From positions 5,332,001 through 5,396,000 of the forward strand of contig OU015568.1 of assembly GCA_907165135.1 (NCBI GenBank): a DNA stretch of 64,000 bases, read 5' to 3'. The notes under the pieces are model-generated. The model ran no database searches and was not told the DNA's origin. It saw only the letters and a program-made list of their open reading frames with translations. Source of the DNA: Oikopleura dioica (Eukaryota > Animalia > Chordata). The position numbers were made by a program, and so were the translations under genes. Below, piece by piece: positions 38,831 through 51,249 of the stretch. Each line of letters opens with the position of its first letter. Within the stretch, counting starts at the first letter, position 1.

Positions 38831-39556
38831 ATCTGAAATTTATTGAGAAATTAAGCTGTCATCATTCAGCCAATCTCCTTCAAAATCTTACCTTGATTGA
38901 TGAGCGATATATTTTTTCGTATTTGAGCTTTTTTTCGGGTCTCAAAAGGCTCTTAGCGGAAATTTTAGCATCTTAAAATGCTGAAAAAAGAGACCCATTC
39001 TCAATATTTCGTGTCGCATTCAGAATCGAAACAGGTTTCCACGTGATCAAGAGCATTTTTAAACGCTTATGAGGTTCAATTTTTTTATAGAAGAAAAGAT
39101 TTTTTGGAAAAAGGATCGAGAAACTACAGTTTCTAGCAATTGAACCAATGTGCCTGAGCAGTGTGACACATTGCACCCAGCCTCCTCGCAGTACTTTTCC
39201 AAGGCTCTTGAAAAAAAAACAACCAAAAACGCTTGTGAATAAATAAATCTCTAGAACTTCTCCTTTGCGTGACAAAGCACGATGATATTATTCCGGATGT
39301 TGTCAATCTTCTCTAAAACCATTCTAAATACGAAAAAGGTAGAAATCAGAATTTCAGGAAGTGATCTTGGCTTCTATGTTTTAATGCAATAACGCGCGTT
39401 ATCACCTAAAGCTGATTTGCTGCAAACTGTCGCTTACTCTGCCTTTTCGATCTGACTGTAATTGATTGACAGGATAGTTGCTTATTTGCAGATTTTTATT
39501 GTTTTTGTACAGAATTTTTTTTGTTAGCTCAGAATAGTGCTGCCAGGAAAAGATGT

Positions 39557-40972
39557 TTAATATTTGGCGGGAAGGGCGGCCTTGGCGACTTCGGCTTCGA
39601 TGTCCTTGCCTTCCTCGAGGGCCTGTTCCCATCGGATGATCTGGGAGACACCCTCGATGAAGATGTTGACGAGCTGGGTTTCGGACTTGCCGAGTCGATC
39701 GGCGTTGGAGATGTCCCAGGTGCCACCAGTGGAGGCGGAGTCGACACCAGCGGTACCTCGGGCCTACGGGCGGGTAAAGACGGAAACAAGAAGGAGGGGA
39801 GTTACCTGGAGACCCATCTTTGCAAGGACCTGCTTGAAGTCAGCTCGGGCGGAGAACTTGGGGACCTGGACCATGGCGCCAGCTCGGAGACCGGTTCCAA
39901 GGTTGGAGGGGCAGGTGAGGACCCAACCGAGATGGTCGTTGTGCATGAAGTCGTAACCTTCCTGCTTCAGGACCTAGCGAAGAAAATAAGCAATGCGCTC
40001 TTTTTGCTGAAAACTGTACCTTCTGGATACCCTCAGTAGCAGCGGCAAATCGCTTGAAGATTTCGACGACGGAAGCACCCTTCTGCATGGAGACGATTCG
40101 CATCTGATCCTCCTCGTTGACCCAGACGAAGAAGTTCTCGGCTTCGTTGTGGAAGATACCTCGGGCATCGGGCCAGTGTCGGCCGCAACCGGAAGAGAGG
40201 AGAAGAGTGGAGTCGGGCTCCTGGAAGAGGTTTCCGTTCTTTCGGAGGGATTCTTCCTTCTCCTCGGTCATGCCGTTGGGCTTGGCGGCGTATGACTTGG
40301 AGCCGTGGAGGGGGAAGTAGTCACCCTTGAGGTCACCCTCGAGGTTGAGGAGAGCCTTGACGATGACTCGCTCGAGTTCTCGTCGCTCTTCGAAGGAGCA
40401 GCATGGAGGAAGTCGAGTGCCTCGGACGGATCGGCCAGTTCGGCATCGGGTGGTGAGGACGTACTTGCCAGTGGGATCGATGGGCGTGGTGGAAAGGTTG
40501 GCGGGGTTCATGTCAGTGGGGTGCTTGGCATCGGGGGCGTAGCCGTTGTGTCGGGCGGAGATGACGGGGTCGAAGAATTCCTGAAGAAGGAGGGATTGAA
40601 TTTGAGGGATTGTCAGATAAGTTTTACCTTGAAAAGCTCGTAGGACTCTTCATCACCAGCGACGGCGCCGACGGTCTTGATCATGGGGTGACCCTTGTTG
40701 TCAACGCCGGTCTTGATGCAGTGGCCGATGTTGACGCCGAGCTTGGTGGTCTTGGACTTGAGCTTCTCGTAGAGCTCAGGCTGGGATCGCATGGTGTCGG
40801 CGAAGAAGGAGGTGTGGTTGGAGAGGTCGGGGAGCTTGTCGGGAAGCTTGCCAGCGAGGAAGGTGGCTTCCTTCTCTTCGCAGTAGTACTCGGCATCGCC
40901 GCAACCCTTCTGGATCCACTCGGGGAGGGCCTTGATGGAGGCGGGGAGGCCAGTTGGTGGGTAGTCCGACAT
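39557..40972 (-). CDS. Phosphagen (ATP:guanidino) kinase, creatine-kinase-like (4 exons)
   Basis: [77 protein letters not shown]; strong GC3 codon bias; canonical introns. Confidence 0.93.
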
Positions 40973-41605
40973 TATTGCTAGAAAGCATTTTATAGGGTGG
41001 TAGCGAAACATTTTTGAAATCTTGAAAGTTTTCATTATTGAATTATGAAAAATTCTAGAATTTGGAAGTAAATGATCCAAAAATTAAAAGAAAAGGGTTG
41101 TTTTTTGGGGGTTTACCTGAGGTCTCTTTGAGTTATCCCAAGAGTGGAGAAATCTTCCGGGGAGGGTGGTTTTATTTCCTCCTGGCCGGGTGCTAACCTC
41201 CTTAACACCTGTGTTGTCGTAGAGCAAAACATGCGATCTTTCCAAAAGTAGCAGCGCGACACTCCCTTGTCCTCCCTTAACCCTCTCCTGCACCCTTGAC
41301 CCTGGCACCTTAACCCTCTAATGGAACAACTTGACTTCTATTTATGTCTTGCACTAGAAAAATAAAATTTCGGAGCGTGGAAAATTCATCGAAGAAAATT
41401 AATCAAAATTTCATAATTGCTGATAAGAGGGAAATTTTCTTGATGATAAGACTGCACATATGTTATCACCATTATCACTCTGACCAACAGCTGCTGGAAT
41501 CTCGCTTAATTAGCAAATAAATCGCCAATCAAGCGATTTCTTGCGCAAAGAGGACTCTTTCGAAATTGCTGTACTTGAGTCCGGGTTCAAATTTATTGCA
41601 ATAAT

Positions 41606-42179
41606 TCAAAATGGAATCTGGCTGTAGAAGCCGTTTTTGACATCTCTGTTGATGTGATTCGAGTTCGAGTCGGTGTTTTGGCTTCTTTTGCCAAGGTACT
41701 GCTGGGCCATCATTTCGATAAATTTCTCGTCATCAAGTTGGTTGCTAAAAATTTTTTAAAATTTCATCACGAAAATAGAATTCGTCCACCAAAAAAATTT
41801 CATTTTAGAAAAATTGATATTGCAGCAAAAAAAATTGTTTTATTAAAATTTTGTTGAAAAAATTTTATTCTAGAGAAGAATTTGAGCTTTCTTTTGGTCA
41901 AAGAATTAAGGGTGTCATAACCTTAATTTTTTTTTAAATAAATTATTCAGGAAAAGTTAAGATAAAGACACCCTTAACTCTTTGACGAAAAGAGAGATCA
42001 AATTTGTATCAAGAATAATTTTTTTGTAAAATTATTTTTTTTTTTGCTTAAAAAATTTTCAACACAAATTTTTGTATTTATTTTTTTCTTGTTTTTCCTC
42101 TAAAAATGGGTTTTCCCTGAAATTTTGTGATTTTACCCGATGCAAAGTGGAAGAAACAAAAATGCAAACAAAAATTCAT
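41606..42179 (-). CDS. Candidate 60-aa secreted peptide precursor (2 exons; needs one extra T in the T5 run after ATGAA)
   Basis: Predicted MNFLFAFLFLPLCIG|NQLDDEKFIEMMAQQYLGKRSQNTDSNSNHINRDVKNGFYSQIPF*; GT donor at 42136, TTTTAG acceptor at 41745, TATTTAAA upstream and AATAAA just after the stop. Confidence 0.45.
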
Positions 42180-43272
42180 TTCAATTTTCGTTCAGCCTGA
42201 AATTGACTGGAGCGCTGGTACTTATTTAAATAGTCTCCAGGCACTCAGCTCTATTAATTATTCAGCGAATAAGTAGCGTTTTACAGTTTCTGAGATGCAG
42301 CATTGATAAATATTTAGAAATTGATATTCCATCGCGAATCAAATATTCACGAGCTTCCTTTAATTGAACCGAAAGAATTGGAACCGACATGGTCGCCAGA
42401 CAAGCATCTCAAGAACGATAGCATCAATTATTCCTCGTTTTTCAATCGCTTCTTTTTGTTTGCATTTTTCAAGTTCAACACTTTCATTGAGAATTTTTGA
42501 ATTCTTTGGCATCTTTTTCGCGTTTATTTTGCGTCAAACTGCAGCTTGGGCGAAACCACGTGATAATTATATTTCCCGAAGTATGATGCTTTTTCTGGAC
42601 AGTTTTCTTCGCACAGTAAGTCAAGTTCAAAGCGAGTTATCGGCTCGAAAACTTGAGGTTAAATCAATTTATGGAAGTGATTGAAGGATCAGGGTTTTGA
42701 TTGGCTGGTAGGCCAAATGCAGCAATTTTATTGGCTATCCAAAAATCCACTTCCATGAATTGGTTTAAAATTAGTCCAAAAGTTGAAATATTCAACATCT
42801 TTTTCATCCTTCTCTTTGTCTGACTCTTTTTAATAAAATTGGTAGCTCAATCATCGCCACGTCTAGATCTAAACCGTGAGCGATTAATACATCCGCCACG
42901 ACATCCCCTTCAAAATAGCTCCGTCCTTCTCGGAATCCCCCGCGGCGCAAATTGCGTTCCATCCATTTCGCGTCAATTCTAGTGATTTTGTTTCCTTTGC
43001 CACCACCCAGCCCCTCACTGCCGCTGGCGCAATAAACATCTTTACCAAATCCAAAGCATCAGCATAACTATTTACCTAAAACCCTTGTCAACCCCTTTTC
43101 CGACAGTGCGGATTTTTCTCTGATTGAACTTAAGGGGGTGACCACACAGAAAATTACGTCCTCGTAGAATTAGTCTCCCTGCCTTGGGCTAAAATTTCTG
43201 GCAACTCTTACATTGAGGCTTATTCATTCTACCTTACCTAAGAGAGATATCGAAGAAAGAGAAAGAGAAAAG

Positions 43273-46200
43273 ATGAAGAATAGAATATGGAGCTGGTGGC
43301 TTGGTCTGGGGTGGATATCAGCCTTGAATGAAGCGCAGGAGTTGAGATGTATCGACTCTACGACTTTGAGTGAGTTCTGCGATGAAATGTCCTGTAGAAT
43401 GGGATCTTTGAAATGTGCAAAAACATGTGGCCTTTGCTCCGATTCAAGGTATACTTACCAACAGGAAAGCTTGAAAAAACCATCAAAATTTTTTTTCAAA
43501 AAATTTTTTTTCCGAAAAAGTCGAAATTCTTTCTTTTTTGAGCTAAAAAAAAGTACATCCTCGAAGTCCCAGAAAACGAAACCTGCAACCGATATGAGCT
43601 AGCCACACTCCAATGCCAACATTCTTGCGAAAAATCATCTTCTGGGCAAGCTCGATGCAAGTGCGATGCTGGATACTATTTATTTGCGGATAATAAAAGC
43701 TGCATCGATATTGACGAGTGCCGTAATGCCCGAAAAGGAACTGGTTCAATTTTTTTCGATCATGAATTTATTTAAATAACGGAGCGATTATTTTTGATGA
43801 ATTATGTTTGAGACATGTTTTTAGCCAAAATATTTTATAACAAGAGTTTTTGGTAACGTCATCAGTTTTCGCAAACTCGAGTTATATGAATGGATTAATA
43901 ACTGCTCTCATTTTTAAGGCGCTTAAATTAAGGGGGTAGATATCGAGAATCGGATTTTCTGTCAGTGATTTCTCAATTTTTTGACATAGTGACCCCCTTA
44001 TTTTTTCTGCTCAAAATTTATTTCCGACTTATCTATTTCTTATGGAAGCCAAAAATGTAGATTCTTGTGCTTTTGAGGTGCTAGAATGCAAATCGGGCAC
44101 CTTCTGTTGTCGCAAAATTGACCATTTTCGGAGACTAAGCGATCTTTGACGAGAAATTTCGTTCAAAATCTTTTTGATAATAAAAAATTCAGCTTCCAAA
44201 GGAAAAAGAGAAACGTCTTAAGTTTTTGTTTCCAAAATAAAATAAGGGTGTTACTATTTTAACTTTGGGAGAAAAGTCTGACTGACAATGGCGATTCTTG
44301 ATATCAACCTCCTTAATCGAAAACAAACTCAAAACACAACCATCAAAAAGAAGGCAAAACATTATGCGACGGCGGCTTTTCCCGCTGTACAAACGTACCT
44401 GGAAGCTACACCTGTTCCATCGGATCGACGCCAAGACCCACGACAACTATTGGAAGAAACGCTTGTAGCTCCACTTATTACAAAGAAAGCACATGCTGCA
44501 AGCCGTCAACGAATACTTGCGGAAGAAAGCCGCAGGAAATGCAAAGTCGAATTGTGAATGGAGTCATAACAGAAGCGAAGAATTGGCCTTGGGTGGCTCA
44601 TATTTACATCCGAAACCGCAGCGGACAAATCAATGGTTGTGGGGGTGCCTTTGTTTCAGACGATAAAGTCATTACCGCGTACCACTGTGTCTTCGATCAT
44701 CTCAGTCGGTATAACGATCTCACTGTTATGGCTGGCGTTGACGACGGATTTTGGGCAAGTGCAACGTCAACTGCTGGACTTGTTCCTCAAGAATACGAAG
44801 TCACGAATGTCAAGGCTCCTCCCGGAGCGAGTAAGCCAAGATATGAACAGTCTGATATCGCGATCCTTACTGTCAGAAAAGTGGGAGCTCGATCAAACAG
44901 TTTCCAAGTCACGCCAATCTGCCTTCCTCAAGAAGAAACCCCCGCTGTTGGAAGAAACTGCTACGTAGTCGGCTATGGTGCTGCTTCATGGGGCGGAGCC
45001 CCGACGATGCAGTTGATGGAGGCAAAAGTGCCAATCGTCAATGACCAAACATGCAAAAATGATTACGATTCATTCCGTATGAAGGAGAATTTCAACGAAG
45101 ATGTGCACATCTGCGCTGGGTACGCGAATGGCTACCAAGATGCTTGCCAAGGAGATTCTGGAGGACCTCTCATGTGTCAACGAGAAAACAGCTGCGAATG
45201 GTACCTCGTCGGAGTCGTCTCCTACGGCTGGAGATGTGGGGTCAGCTATGGTGTTTACGCAGAAGTCAACGCCTTCGCCGACTGGGTCCATCAAAATGTC
45301 GGAGTTCCGAAAAACCCCGCAGAGGGAAAAACCTGCGAGATCAACTACGGCGACGAAGGCTGCGAAGCGCTCAAATTCGACGGAAAACTTTACCAATACG
45401 ATGCTGCTTCTGACTCTTACGTCCTGAAAGACCCAACGCTTCCAAAACAAACGTTGTTCCAGTATTCCGATTTTTTGATTTTGAAGTTTGGCGATAAGCC
45501 GTCTTCTGGGGCTGGAACTGACACGATCGCAGCGTTTCGCATTCCAAAGGATCGAGTCTGCATGTTTGACACTGAAGTTCAATGGTACTTTACTGATCAA
45601 TGGGTACAGACAAATGATAAACTTGAATGTGGAACCCAAGATTGAGTTGTCACTTTGATAAGCTGATAAAAGTATATTTTCCTTAAGAATTTTTGATAAC
45701 TCAAAAAAAGCCGAAATCGATGCTCTATCCGAAACCCAGCTCGAAGAAGAGGACGAGTGCGAATCAAACTCTTATGGCGCCGTCATCACGAACAATCTCG
45801 GCGAAATTTTCAACCTTTACCTGGACGAAGACAAAACAGCTTCTACTGAGAAAACGCATTTCAAAAGTGATACTGGCGTTACTCTTTATTACGGCGTGTA
45901 TTCCGGCGGCGGATATTGGGTACTCGGCCGGAATTATAATATTCAGATGTCGATGTGTTACAAAACTGGAGAAAAAGATGCGTGTATTGAAGACCTTGGT
46001 GGAAGTGGCTGGTCGTGTTTGAACGCAGGTGGAAGCTGGGTGAATAATCAACAAGTTTCTATCAGTGTTATCGTCCCAATCACTACTGATGCTCCAACAG
46101 AGGAACCAGTGGTAACTGATGTTGCCGATCCAGTGACAACACAAGCACTTGTGACGACTGATGGAACAACAGCAGCTCCTAGTTCTCCAACAACAAGGGC

Positions 46201-48763
46201 AAGTACAACGACTCCTACTACAACAACAACTACATCAACAACTACGACAACAACTACGACAACAACGACGACAACGACGACGACGACGACCACCACCACA
46301 ACAACCACTTCGACGAAAACGACAACGACAACTACTCGGACAACGACCACTCCGACAACTACAACTTCGACCACGCCAACGACGACCACGCCAACAACAA
46401 CCTCGCCGACGACGACAACTCCAACAACGACAAGTCCGTCAACAACGACACCTGCTCAAGGTTCCGTAAATTAAATTTACCCCTTTCATAAACTTTCATC
46501 CCTAGATATCTAAACAAAATTCAGAAACGTCAGAAACTGGTCGTCTAACATTTACAATGAATTCCTATGGAATCTATGGAGAATTGACGCTCACTCAAAC
46601 TGAGGACGACCCAAATAGGTTTGTTGATGAAGCAAAGAATGTTGTGCTGTACTACACGGATACTTACAAAGCATGGGCACTTGTTCCAGTCGGAAAAGAC
46701 GTCTATAATCTGTTTTGTTATGCATCAACGAGTGTTAAAGGAACATGTTTGAAAATGGGAGTCTTTATCTAGAGGTTTGAGCCATTTGAAAACATTAATA
46801 AAGAAAATTTCGTCGACAATATAACAAGCATGACTTGCAAAACTCTTCAAAATAATTGGGTCAGACAGGATATTGGCCTGGAAGTCATCTCGTCTGGTTC
46901 TGCCATTGTTACAACTGAAGCTGCTGTTGAAGAATGTGATCCTGAATGCGAACCATCTTTCAGCTTCGATATTCCCAAATGTAAGCCATTTATTTTTACC
47001 ACTTATGAATTTATTTCTAGATGGGAGAGTAACAATGACGGAGATTTTCGAAGGCTCAAATGAATATTTTGACAACGATAAAAACATTTTCCTCTACTAC
47101 GATAATAAGTACAAGTCCTGGATTGTCGCTGAGCAGCCTAATGAAGTAAGCAAATTCCTCTGCTACAGTCAGATCTTGAAAGAAGAACCGCTTCAAAATA
47201 TGGAAGGCAACATCAGCTGCAAGAATCCTGCTTGGGGAAGTCCCTGGGAAGACTTCAATTTCACAAACAATGAATGCCCGAGTTGTACAACGACAACGAC
47301 GAGAACTTCAACTACAACCGCGACTACAACTACAACGACGGCAGCTCCTTCTGCTACGACAGGATCAGCCGTTTCAACAAGCTCTCCAACATCAACTTCA
47401 ACTACAACCTCAACAACGACTTCAACAACAGCAACGACGACAACAACTTCTACAACAACAACGACAACGACAACAACCACTACCACTACTACCACCACCA
47501 CAACAACAACGACAACCACTACGACCACGACTACAACTCCCGGCCCAGTCGAATTCATCTTGAATATCCCTGCCAGTTCCGTCCGTGGACACAAACGATT
47601 CCGATTTATCGAAACCGAGGAGGAATATGTTTACGTCGATGAGGACGCTCAAATGAAGGTAAAACAAGATTGAATATAAGTTTCACAATTCTTCTTTCAG
47701 ATCTACTTCGACGTCAATTACATGGCTTGGGTCATTCTCCCCCTCAAAGCTAGGAACATCTATTCGATGGTCTGCTACAATTCAAATGTCAATGGCGAAG
47801 GGTTCCTCGGTCGCGTCAATTACTTACAGTGCGTTGGCGACAATGGCAACACCTGGGAACGAGTCGAAATTTCCCCCATAGAGATTGATGCAAATTTCGT
47901 GGAAACAACAACATCCACAACGACGACATCAACAACTCCGACAACAGAAGTGCCGACAACTGCTTGTACAGTCTGCGAAGAGAAATTTAGAATGAGCATT
48001 CCGGGAAAAACCATCATTTTAAAAAAGATTGAAGACAATCTTTATGAACAGACTGGAGACAAAGATCTGGAAATTTCATGGCTTCCGTACTTCAAAGCCT
48101 GGGTTTTGAAGCCAAAAGGCGCCCAAGGAATGGTTCTAACTTAGTAGTTTGTTCGATTTGTTTTGATATTTAATTTGATTAATGAACCAAAACATAATTT
48201 GATTGGAGTACCTAGATTCACTGTACTTGTATTTACGTACAGTACGTTATTCCAATGTACTGTTTGTACGAACGTACTTTTTCGAGCTATTGTAACAACG
48301 AGAATTGTATCACCGAACTTGTATTTCTGAACAGATTCTTTTTTCTTGAAAACAAGGCAGGGATTGCGCGCGCTGCGCGCATTTATATTTATAATAGAAG
48401 AAGATAATATATATAAACATATTATTTTGATATGAAATTTAGTTATTTTAGTTCAAAATCAAATCTTTATAAAAGTGTGTCTCGTTTTTACAAGTACAGT
48501 GATATAACACTGTACAATAAAATGAGGACAATGTTACAATTTTCAGCTGTACGTAAATACAAGTACAGTGAATCAGTGCTCTCTTTGATTGATGAACCAA
48601 AACAGTTTCTGCCCTCCTTTGTTCCGAATTTGCCGATTTTGTTGGACAACCTGCCCGGCCAGTTTCTCCTTTTACCGAAAGTGTTATAAAAATGACATGT
48701 CTAGACAACGATGTCTGGGGCGAGCATCAAATCAACCTTACTAACATTCCCTGCCAATGCTAA
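43273..48763 (+). CDS. Modular secreted serine protease copy 1: signal - ShKT - EGF - EGF_CA - trypsin - repeated Cys/Trp modules with Thr-rich mucin stalks
   Basis: ShKT (CAKTCGLC), EGF (CQHSC...CKCDAGY), RIVNG activation site, AYHC/DIAIL/GDSGGP triad; the downstream exons join in frame if GA-AG introns are allowed (45632-45710, 48128-48605); last exon ends NIPCQC*. Confidence 0.8.
46190..46460 (+). repeat. Coding ACN trinucleotide repeat (poly-Thr); similar tracts at ~47290-47540, 54310-54510 and 55370-55605
   Basis: ACA/ACG/ACC/ACT runs read as Thr-rich mucin-like segments in the gene frame. Confidence 0.9.
48215..48574. mobile_element. Intronic MITE present in protease copy 1 but absent from the copy 2 intron
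   Basis: TIR GATTCACTGTACTTGTATTTACGTACAG / CTGTACGTAAATACAAGTACAGTGAATC; the paralogous intron is only 74 nt (56207-56280). Confidence 0.8.
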
Positions 48764-48893
48764 AGCCTCAAAATGAGACTGACTCTCCCTCTGTTACATA
48801 AAATAAAAACCGCCTATCATTAAAGACCTCTTTGGAAACTTATTTATCAGCGGACTTGGGCGACATTCTCGCAATGGCAGACCATAAGCTTAA

Positions 48894-49525
48894 GGGGGAG
48901 GTCGTCGAGAAATTTTTTTTCGTATTTTCAAAATTTTGATTATATTTTTGGATTCCTTGATAAAAAAGGAGTATTTTTGGTCCCTAGCTTTTTCTCAATT
49001 TGTTAACTTTTTAATGGAAAATTTTCGATTTTAAGTCTCGAACATGAAATTTCTTGAGAATAATTGGTTGGTGATTTCGTCCAAAAACTATCTGAAACTG
49101 ATTATTATGCACTAGGCATTGTTTTAAAATAATTTCTGACTAATTATTTTTAAAAAAATCCGAGTCTTTGTGATTTTTGTAGAAATTTCCATGAAAAAAT
49201 GGATAAAAATGTCGATTTTGACGAAAAATTTTATGAAAGAAACCCTTAATTTTTTGATCGCCGGTAAATTTTTAAGGGTCTAAACTATTTATAAATTATC
49301 TTTGATGAAGAAAAAAAAACTCGGTTTTCGAGATTTTTTGGTCACGAGACACCCCCACTTCAACCCTAATTTTTGAAAAATTTTTCGAAAAAAATTTTTT
49401 TCTGCTTTTCGCCGGTTAATTTTTCAAACCCTTTTCTTTCAGTCTGAAAAGTCAGAATTTTCCTATCTAGTCGGGTTTCTCCGCATTTTTGGTCACGGAA
49501 ATCCCGATTCTCGTCGACCTCCCCC
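48894..49525. mobile_element. 632-bp TTAA-flanked MITE (GG-start TIR)
   Basis: TTAA|GGGGGAGGTCGTCGAGA...TCTCGTCGACCTCCCCC|TTAA; the paralogous position near 56575 lacks it. Confidence 0.88.
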
Positions 49526-49679
49526 TTAATGCTGGAATTTGCAGATCATTCATTAACATCATAAACCTAATACGAGTTCGAATTTCTACGGTCGAGATCG
49601 CAAACTGCGTCTTATGGTCAAATACTTGTCAGATTTTCCACCTGCTGCACCCTCCTTTTCCTTATAAAAAAAAATTCAA

Positions 49680-49950
49680 AACCCACGAACCTAGTCCCAC
49701 GAACCTAGTCGCACATATTTTTTCCTTATAGAATAATAATTCTAACCAATCAAAAACCCCCGAACCTATATTTAGATAACAATATTATATTAAATGATCA
49801 TATAATTACAATACATATATATAAATATATATAAATAAATATATACATATAAATAACACTTAATCATTATAAATAAAAATATACATATTAAATCAAAAAC
49901 TCACGAACCTAGTCCCACGAACCTAGTCCCCACGAACTTAGTCATCCCAC
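49680..49950 (+). repeat. CACGAACCTAGTCCC direct repeats flanking an AT-rich core, at the 5' junction of protease copy 2
   Basis: 2 copies at ~49683-49712 and 3 at ~49901-49945; homology to copy 1 starts immediately after (AGATGTATCGACTCTACG). Confidence 0.7.
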
Positions 49951-50507
49951 ACAGATGTATCGACTCTACGACTTTGAGTGAATTCTGTGATAAAAAGTCC
50001 TGTAAAATGGGCTCTTTGAAATGTGCGAAAACATGTGGTCTTTGCTCTGATTCAAGGTATAATTATCAACAGGAAAGCTCAAAATCATCCTCAAACTATT
50101 TTCCAAAAAATTTTTTTTCGATAAAGTCAAAAAAAATTTCTTTTTGAGCGCTAAAAAGTATATCCTTGAAGTCCCAGAAAACGAAACCTGCAACCGATAT
50201 GAGCTAGCTACCCTCCAATGCCAACATTCTTGTGAAAAATCATCTTCTGGGCAAGCTCGATGCAAGTGCGATGCTGGATACTATTTATTTGCGGATAATA
50301 AAAGTTGCATCGATATTGACGAGTGCCGAAATGCACGAAAAGGAACTGGTTCAGTATTTTTCTGGATCATGAATTTATTTCAATAACGGAGCGTTTATCT
50401 TTGGTGAAAAATGGTTGATAATTGTTGTTAGCCAAAATATTTTATAACAAGAGTTTTCAGTAACGTCATCAGTTTTCGCAAACTCGAGTTTTATGAATGA
50501 TTAATGA

Positions 50508-50662
50508 CGGGGTGGTGTCTGAAACCGACAAAAAAAATTCGACAAATTTTGCGTTGGCGGCTACTCGGCTTCTGATTGGCCGGTTCTCCGAATCCAATCT
50601 GATTGGTTGAAAATTTCTACGCAAATTAGTCGAAATTTTTTTGTCTGTTCCAGACACCTTTC
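50508..50662. mobile_element. MITE family A copy, intronic in protease copy 2
   Basis: GGGGTGGTGTCTGAAACCGACAAAAAAAATTCGAC...GTCGAAATTTTTTTGTCTGTTCCAGACACC. Confidence 0.8.
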
Positions 50663-51249
50663 CTTAGTTACTGTTCTCATTTTTAATCGAAATAAAACTC
50701 AAAACAAAACCATAAATAAGAGGGCAAAACATTATGCAACGGCGGTTTTTCCCGCTGTACAAATGTACCTGGAAGCTACACTTGTTCCATCGGATTGACG
50801 ACAACGATTGGAAACAATGCTTGTACCTCCACCTATTACAAAGAAAGCACATGCTGCAAGCCATCAACGAATACTTGTGGAAGAAAGCCGCAGGAAATGC
50901 AGGGTCGAATCGTGAATGGAGTCATAACAGAAGCAAAAAATTGGCCTTGGGTGGCTCATATTTACATTCGACTCCGCAGCGGGGAAGTCAGTGGCTGTGG
51001 AGGTGCCTTTGTTTCAGACAATACAGTCATTACCGCGTTTCACTGCGTCTACGATCATCTCAGTCGGTATAACGATCTCACTGTTATGGCTGGTGTTGAC
51101 GAGGGATATTCATCAAGTGCAACCTCAACTGCTGGTCTCGTTCCTCAAGCATATGAAGTTACGAATGTCAAGGTTCCTTCTGGAGCTAATAAGCCAAGAT
51201 ATGAACAGTCTGATATCGCAATCCTTACTGTTAGAAAAGTCGGAGTTCG

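Noticed and set aside
39521-40981. Long plus-strand ORFs overlapping the phosphagen kinase
   Set aside because: Shadow ORFs produced by the high GC3 bias on the opposite strand; no independent domain signal.
46048-47594. Poly-Val and poly-Gln ORFs (also 54171-54449, 55246-55623)
   Set aside because: Antisense or off-frame shadows of the poly-Thr codon repeats.
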